Shown piece after piece: positions 43,577-47,070 of a stretch of 47,070 nt of DNA. This DNA comes from a bacterium. Its GTDB lineage: Bacteria; Patescibacteriota; Minisyncoccia; Phycocordibacterales; UBA1550. Where the stretch lies: positions 1 through 47,070 of the forward strand of contig JAKANJ010000001.1 of the NCBI GenBank assembly GCA_021823825.1. The letters are read 5' to 3'. The stretch's first letter is position 1. The number at the start of each line of letters is the position of its first letter. Position numbers and translations under genes: made by a program. Below the pieces are notes generated by a model. It was not told where the DNA came from, searched no databases, and worked only from the letters and a program-made list of their open reading frames with translations.

Positions 43577-43652
43577 CGGGGTGTGGTGTAACGGCTAACA
43601 TTCCTGTTTTGGGTACAGGCGACTCCGGGTTCGAATCCCGGCACCCCGACCA
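43577..43652 (+). tRNA. tRNA-Pro (anticodon UGG) with genomically encoded CCA
   Basis: Hand-folded cloverleaf. Acceptor CGGGGTG/CACCCCG (C1-G72), anticodon stem CCTGT/ACAGG with loop TT-TGG-GT (G37), T-arm CCGGG-TTCGAAT-CCCGG, discriminator A, then CCA at 43650-43652. Confidence 0.92.
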
Positions 43653-43716
43653 TGATTTTAATTGGTATCGGGGGGTATTTGACAAAATGTTGAATATCCC
43701 TGCGAACCCCTCGTCG

Positions 43717-43788
43717 TTCAACGGATAGGACGCAAGCTTCCGAAGCCTGTGACGCAGGTTCGATTCCTGCCGAGGGGACAATAGCAAA
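43717..43788 (+). tRNA. tRNA-Arg (anticodon CCG), no encoded CCA
   Basis: Hand-folded cloverleaf. Acceptor CCCCTCG/CGAGGGG, D-arm GTTC/GGAC with GG in the loop, anticodon stem CAAGC/GCCTG (one A-C mismatch) with loop TT-CCG-AA, T-arm GCAGG-TTCGATT-CCTGC, discriminator A. Confidence 0.82.
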
Positions 43789-43790
43789 AC

Positions 43791-43835
43791 TCCAGCAAGG
43801 TTAAGCCTTGCTGGAGTTTTGCTATATCGCGCCCC
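43791..43835 (+). repeat. 20-bp perfect hairpin immediately 3' of tRNA-Arg(CCG)
   Basis: atagcaaaactccagcaagg ttaag ccttgctggagttttgctat. Confidence 0.85.
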
Positions 43836-43842
43836 CTCGGCA

Positions 43843-43953
43843 GGAATCGAACCGTAGGCGACTGATTTTCTTGGTCTCAACAGAGACCTTAGAAAATCGG
43901 AGTTCCGACTGAAAGGAGGGGCGATTCCTGCCGAGGGGACAATGACAAAAACA
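43843..43953 (+). repeat. tRNA-end module C1: inverted copy and direct copy of the tRNA-Arg(CCG) 3' end flanking a structured core
   Basis: 43843-43863 (cccctcggcaggaatcgaacc) is the reverse complement of tRNA bases 43767-43787. 43932-43953 is identical to tRNA 43771-43792. The two arms form a 17-bp helix around a core that holds the hairpin 43874-43908. Confidence 0.85.
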
Positions 43954-43954
43954 C

Positions 43955-43989
43955 CAGATTTGCTCCTGGTGCTTTTTGTTATACGAGTT
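43955..43989 (+). terminator. Terminator-like hairpin after module C1 (a diverged version of the 43791-43835 hairpin)
   Basis: acaaaaacaccag atttgctc ctggtgctttttgt, with a T-run in and after the 3' arm. Confidence 0.55.
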
Positions 43990-44001
43990 ATCCCTCAGTA
44001 G

Positions 44002-44109
44002 GAATCGAACCGTAGGCGACTGATTTTCTTGGTCTCAACAGAGACCTTAGAAAATCGGAGTTCCGACTGAAAGGAGGGGCGATTCCTGCCAAGGGTACAA
44101 AATATTCAA
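44002..44109 (+). repeat. tRNA-end module C2 (second tandem copy, arms decayed)
   Basis: The 91-nt core 44010-44100 is identical to 43852-43942 (period 158 nt). The left arm is ccctcagtaggaatcgaacc. The right arm cgattcctgccaagggtaca matches the tRNA 3' end at 18/20. Confidence 0.85.
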
Positions 44110-44237
44110 ATCATGGTGCGGTGACACCCTTTCTGTGAAATTTAGTGACCTTCTTGATTAATGATCACCATTACGGTACTCTTCAAAATAGAAATAAATT
44201 GAGTCAATGGCGGCTCGAGGATACCAAGGGGGATAAA

Positions 44238-44540
44238 ATGCACATACCTCAGGTACGGAAATACCTTTGTGTAGTCTGCAAGAAAAATGAAATTGTTGAG
44301 CATCGGACAGAGCATACCTATGAAGGCGATGTTCCCGACCAGTGTAACTGCGATCTGAGCACCCATGATGGGTACCACGTTTCTGGTGGGAAGTTGCTGA
44401 AACAGCGTCAGGAGGGCTGCTGGACTTCTCTCAGTACAAACATGCTGGCGGTTGGTCCTGGTGGTATTTGCGAGGACTGCCTGAAAAATGAAATCGTAAG
44501 AGCTCTTTTGCCACATCTTGGTTTCAATCCCTGGACATGA
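44238..44540 (+). CDS. Small Cys-rich (zinc-ribbon-like) protein, unknown function
   Basis: The ATG at 44238 has AAGGGGG 6 nt upstream. Duplicated motif CVVCKKNEIV and CEDCLKNEIV, plus CNC. A terminator at 44551-44586 follows on the same strand. Confidence 0.6.
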   Translation: MHIPQVRKYLCVVCKKNEIVEHRTEHTYEGDVPDQCNCDLSTHDGYHVSGGKLLKQRQEGCWTSLSTNMLAVGPGGICEDCLKNEIVRALLPHLGFNPWT

Positions 44541-44550
44541 CAACAGACAG

Positions 44551-44586
44551 AAAGCCGCACGGCAGTAGTATGTGCGGCTTTTTCTT
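44551..44586 (+). terminator. Intrinsic terminator after the Cys-rich ORF
   Basis: AAAGCCGCACggcagtagtatGTGCGGCTTTttcttg. Confidence 0.8.
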
Positions 44587-44645
44587 GTTTGTTTTTCCAC
44601 ATTGGCGTAATGATTATTTTCTTTGTTGGTGTATACTGGTACTAC

Positions 44646-46223
44646 ATGAAACTAGGGACAAAGATAAATCTTATTCTTATCGGTGTTGTCGCAGTGACTC
44701 TCACAATCGGTTTTTGGGTAATTGTCGGAATAGAAGCAGGGAATATTGAGAATCAAGTAGTTGGTGACACCAACACGGTCACAAAATTGGTCCAAGAAGA
44801 TGCATCTCGTGTACTCGCTCAGACACAGGCAAAAACAGGAATAACGCCAGATGAAACAGCATATTTGAAAAAAATTGTTGACGATGCTTTTTTGTTTGGA
44901 AAGACTGACCCAAAAGCTGCTTATGGTTTTTTCCACGATATTATTATTTTTGACAAGAATCTTTCTGTTCTTGTAAATAGCGGGGATACAAAAGAAAATT
45001 TTTCAAACGATGATCCAATTTACGTTAAAATTCGCCAAGATGTTTTAAGCGGGGCAAAGGCAAACGCTGAGTACGAACGTCTCAATGACGGTAACGACAA
45101 CAGTGACGTTCTTGTGTACGTCAGTCCACTTATAATTCACGATAGCAAAGGGGACCGCATTGTAGGGGTCATTGAAACTCATGCAATGAAAAATGCATAT
45201 CAAGATCGAGTAAATGCGTTGCGCGCGCGCATGCTAGGTGTTGGGGTTGTCTTTACTGCTGTTCTTGTTATCGCACTAGCAATCATTCTTGAGAGGCAAG
45301 TTGTTGGTCCGATTCGCAGATACTCACTTGTAGCACAAAAAGTTGCTGCAGGGGATCTTAAACAGCAGGTTGAGCACACTTCTAATGACGAAATTGGTAA
45401 ATTCGGTGAGGTTTTTAACCTCATGGTGAAAAACTTGCGTGAGCTTGACCAAATGAAATCTGATTTTGTTTCTGTGGCCGCACATCAGCTACGCACCCCT
45501 CTTTCCGGACTAAACTGGGTAATCAAGTTATTTATTGGGGGAGATCTCGGGCCAACTACGGAATATCAAAAGAAAATGCTTGACCGGGCATATGAGGCCG
45601 AACAAAAAATGATAACTTTGGTAAACGATCTCTTGAATGTGTCACGTATAGAAAATGGCAAATTTGGGTATAAGTTTGAGAAAAACGACCTTGCACTCTT
45701 ACTTAAAACACTTGTATCAAATGTTGATCTTGCCGCAAAGGAGCACAATATTGAAGTGAAGCTTGAACACAAGGGCGAACCATTTCCCGAATTTGTTTTT
45801 GATTCCGAAAAGCTTCTCATGGCGCTTCAAAATATTACAGACAATGCTCTCAAATACACGCTTCCTGGCGGGAGTGTAACAATCACAACAGAAAAAGCTG
45901 GTGACTATGCGGAGATAAAAATAAGCGATACCGGAGTTGGTATTCCAAAAGCGGAAATTCCTAAACTGTTTTCTAAGTTTTTCCGGGCATCAAACGTTAT
46001 TCACCTACAGACGGACGGTTCTGGCCTTGGTCTCTTTATTTCAAAAAATATTATTATTCAGCATGGAGGTCAGGTCTGGGTAGAGTCTGAGGAAGGGAAG
46101 GGCACAACAATAACCGTGGAGGTACCAACCAAAGAGTCCCTACTCCCCAAACAGCAAGAGGAGGAGGGGACGGCCTGGAAAACACAGGTGAGCCAGAGCG
46201 GAGAAGCAACGTGGAAGGTCTAG
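44646..46223 (+). CDS. Sensor histidine kinase (TM - periplasmic-type sensor - TM - HAMP - HisKA - HATPase)
   Basis: H-box SVAAHQLRTPLS, N-box DNALKYT, G1 DTGVGI, G2 GSGLGL, and a HAMP-like GPIRRYSLVAQKVAAGDL. The ATG at 44646 (MKLGTKINLILIG) is preferred; alternatives are ATG 44610 and TTG 44589. Confidence 0.9.
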   Translation: MKLGTKINLILIGVVAVTLTIGFWVIVGIEAGNIENQVVGDTNTVTKLVQEDASRVLAQTQAKTGITPDETAYLKKIVDDAFLFGKTDPKAAYGFFHDIIIFDKNLSVLVNSGDTKENFSNDDPIYVKIRQDVLSGAKANAEYERLNDGNDNSDVLVYVSPLIIHDSKGDRIVGVIETHAMKNAYQDRVNALRARMLGVGVVFTAVLVIALAIILERQVVGPIRRYSLVAQKVAAGDLKQQVEHTSNDEIGKFGEVFNLMVKNLRELDQMKSDFVSVAAHQLRTPLSGLNWVIKLFIGGDLGPTTEYQKKMLDRAYEAEQKMITLVNDLLNVSRIENGKFGYKFEKNDLALLLKTLVSNVDLAAKEHNIEVKLEHKGEPFPEFVFDSEKLLMALQNITDNALKYTLPGGSVTITTEKAGDYAEIKISDTGVGIPKAEIPKLFSKFFRASNVIHLQTDGSGLGLFISKNIIIQHGGQVWVESEEGKGTTITVEVPTKESLLPKQQEEEGTAWKTQVSQSGEATWKV

Positions 46224-46263
46224 TTGAAATATTCTTTTTGTATTATAATAAAAAGTACCTATT

Positions 46264-47070
46264 ATGAGCGACAAAAGAAAAATAATTGTAATTGAGGACG
46301 ACGTTATTCTCAGTGATGTTCTTGCGATAAAGCTTAAGAAACTTGGTTATGATGTTGATAAGGCTCAGGATGACGTAGCAGCATTCCAAAAAATTAAAAC
46401 AGATCATCCTGCGTGCATCGTTCTTGATATTTTGATGGCACGAAAAGTTGGCATTGGACTTTTGAGCCAAATAAAAGCTGACCTTAGTCTTCGCGATATT
46501 CCTGTTCTCCTTACTGCAACCGCAGAAGATAAAGATGAAGTAAAACACGCTCGAGAGCTTGGCGCGCGCGATTTTATCTTTAAAGCCGTAATGGACCCAA
46601 ATGAGATTGTTGAGAAAGTGGGCCAAATGCTCTCAGGGGTAGCGCCCGCTCCTTTGCAAAGTACGGCAAGTCAAGCTCCGGCGTCAGCACCTCAGGCTAC
46701 GGCCCCAGTAGCAGGTGGAAAAACTTTTGTACTCGTCATTGAAGACGATAAATTCCTCAGAGAGCTTTTGGTGAGGAAGCTCTCAAGCGAAGGATTTGAT
46801 GTCCAGAATGCAATTGATGCTACTTCAGCATTCGCTATTTTGGCGCAACGAAAACCTACGATCATTCTTTGTGATCTTATTTTGCCTGAAGTAAGCGGTT
46901 TTGAAATTCTTCAGCGCATTAAAGCAGATCCAAAGATCTCCGATGTCCCCGTAATCATTTTGAGTAATCTTGGTCAGAAAGAGGACACCGATAGGGCAAT
47001 GGCTCTTGGTGCAAAAGATTTCATGGTTAAGGCAAACTTTACGCTTGATGAAATCGTTGAAAAGATTCGT
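46264..47070 (+). CDS. Response regulator with two tandem receiver (REC) domains, 3' end runs off the window
   Basis: An ORF not in the track because it has no stop before the window end. REC1 has IIVIEDD, VLDILMA (phospho-Asp), LLTA and FIFKAV. An A/P/Q-rich linker follows. REC2 has LVIEDD, ILCDLILPE, IILSN and FMVKA. Confidence 0.85.
   Translation, partial: MSDKRKIIVIEDDVILSDVLAIKLKKLGYDVDKAQDDVAAFQKIKTDHPACIVLDILMARKVGIGLLSQIKADLSLRDIPVLLTATAEDKDEVKHARELGARDFIFKAVMDPNEIVEKVGQMLSGVAPAPLQSTASQAPASAPQATAPVAGGKTFVLVIEDDKFLRELLVRKLSSEGFDVQNAIDATSAFAILAQRKPTIILCDLILPEVSGFEILQRIKADPKISDVPVIILSNLGQKEDTDRAMALGAKDFMVKANFTLDEIVEKIR

Noticed and set aside
43554-43880. 108-aa minus-strand ORF
   Set aside because: It covers tRNA-Pro, tRNA-Arg(CCG) and the hairpin, so it is not credible as coding.
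43871-43925. A hammerhead-type ribozyme, suggested by the CTGA...GAAA strings in the module core
   Set aside because: The CUGANGA box is not present (the sequences are ctgatttt and ctgaaagg), and the three-helix junction cannot be formed.
43843-43931. A minus-strand tRNA or pseudo-tRNA encoded by the inverted T-arm copies
   Set aside because: On the minus strand the T-stem 5' strand does not pair (tacgg versus cctgc). No D-arm or 7-nt anticodon loop can be drawn, because the GGTCTC hairpin has a 4-nt loop.
44142-44600. 152-aa minus-strand ORF opposite the Cys-rich gene
   Set aside because: The plus-strand ORF has an SD sequence and a same-strand terminator. The minus ORF would read through that terminator and has no ribosome-binding context.
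46243-46626. 127-aa minus-strand ORF
   Set aside because: It is antisense to a clear receiver-domain coding sequence that has all the conserved REC residues.
1-47070. Alternative genetic code (UGA recoding, as in some CPR lineages)
   Set aside because: All housekeeping genes give full-length, motif-complete products under the standard code, with no in-frame TGA interruptions.

Overview
This looks like a 47-kb chromosomal window from a small, gene-dense bacterial genome that uses the standard genetic code. Short housekeeping proteins, a pilin-type T4SS gene set and many orphan secreted proteins suggest Patescibacteria/CPR. That placement is an inference, not a search result.

Layout, left to right:
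- pilB (5' partial), a candidate structured sRNA, ruvB, a short yebC, ruvC, tyrS and a class A PBP.
- The replication-origin neighbourhood: a DUF721-like gene, dnaN and dnaA with flanking DnaA boxes, diverging from rpmH-rnpA-yidD-yidC.
- A ten-gene, 12.2-kb minus-strand operon (13077-25260). It encodes a pared-down type IV secretion-like apparatus: a VirB4 ATPase, a PrgI/VirB3-like protein, a VirB6-like giant, a pilin-like protein fused to a putative zinc cell-wall peptidase, and six unassignable secreted or membrane proteins.
- rsmA, a UvrD/PcrA helicase, an orphan repeat-domain protein, a LysM-M23 peptidase, comM, a DksA/TraR-type gene, an NYN-domain gene, rpsO, a Xer recombinase, xth and cca.
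- A 2.6-kb tRNA region with four tRNAs.
- yraN (between the tRNA-Gly and tRNA-Pro loci), a small Cys-rich protein, a histidine kinase and a tandem-receiver response regulator (3' partial).

The least expected signals:
1. The minimal T4SS-like operon.
2. Structured repeat modules behind three of the four tRNA genes. Each combines an inverted copy and a direct copy of that tRNA's own 3' end with shared hairpin motifs.
3. Perfect TTATCCACA DnaA boxes scattered through intergenic regions far from dnaA.

All calls rest on reading the sequence and recognising motifs; no database search was possible.
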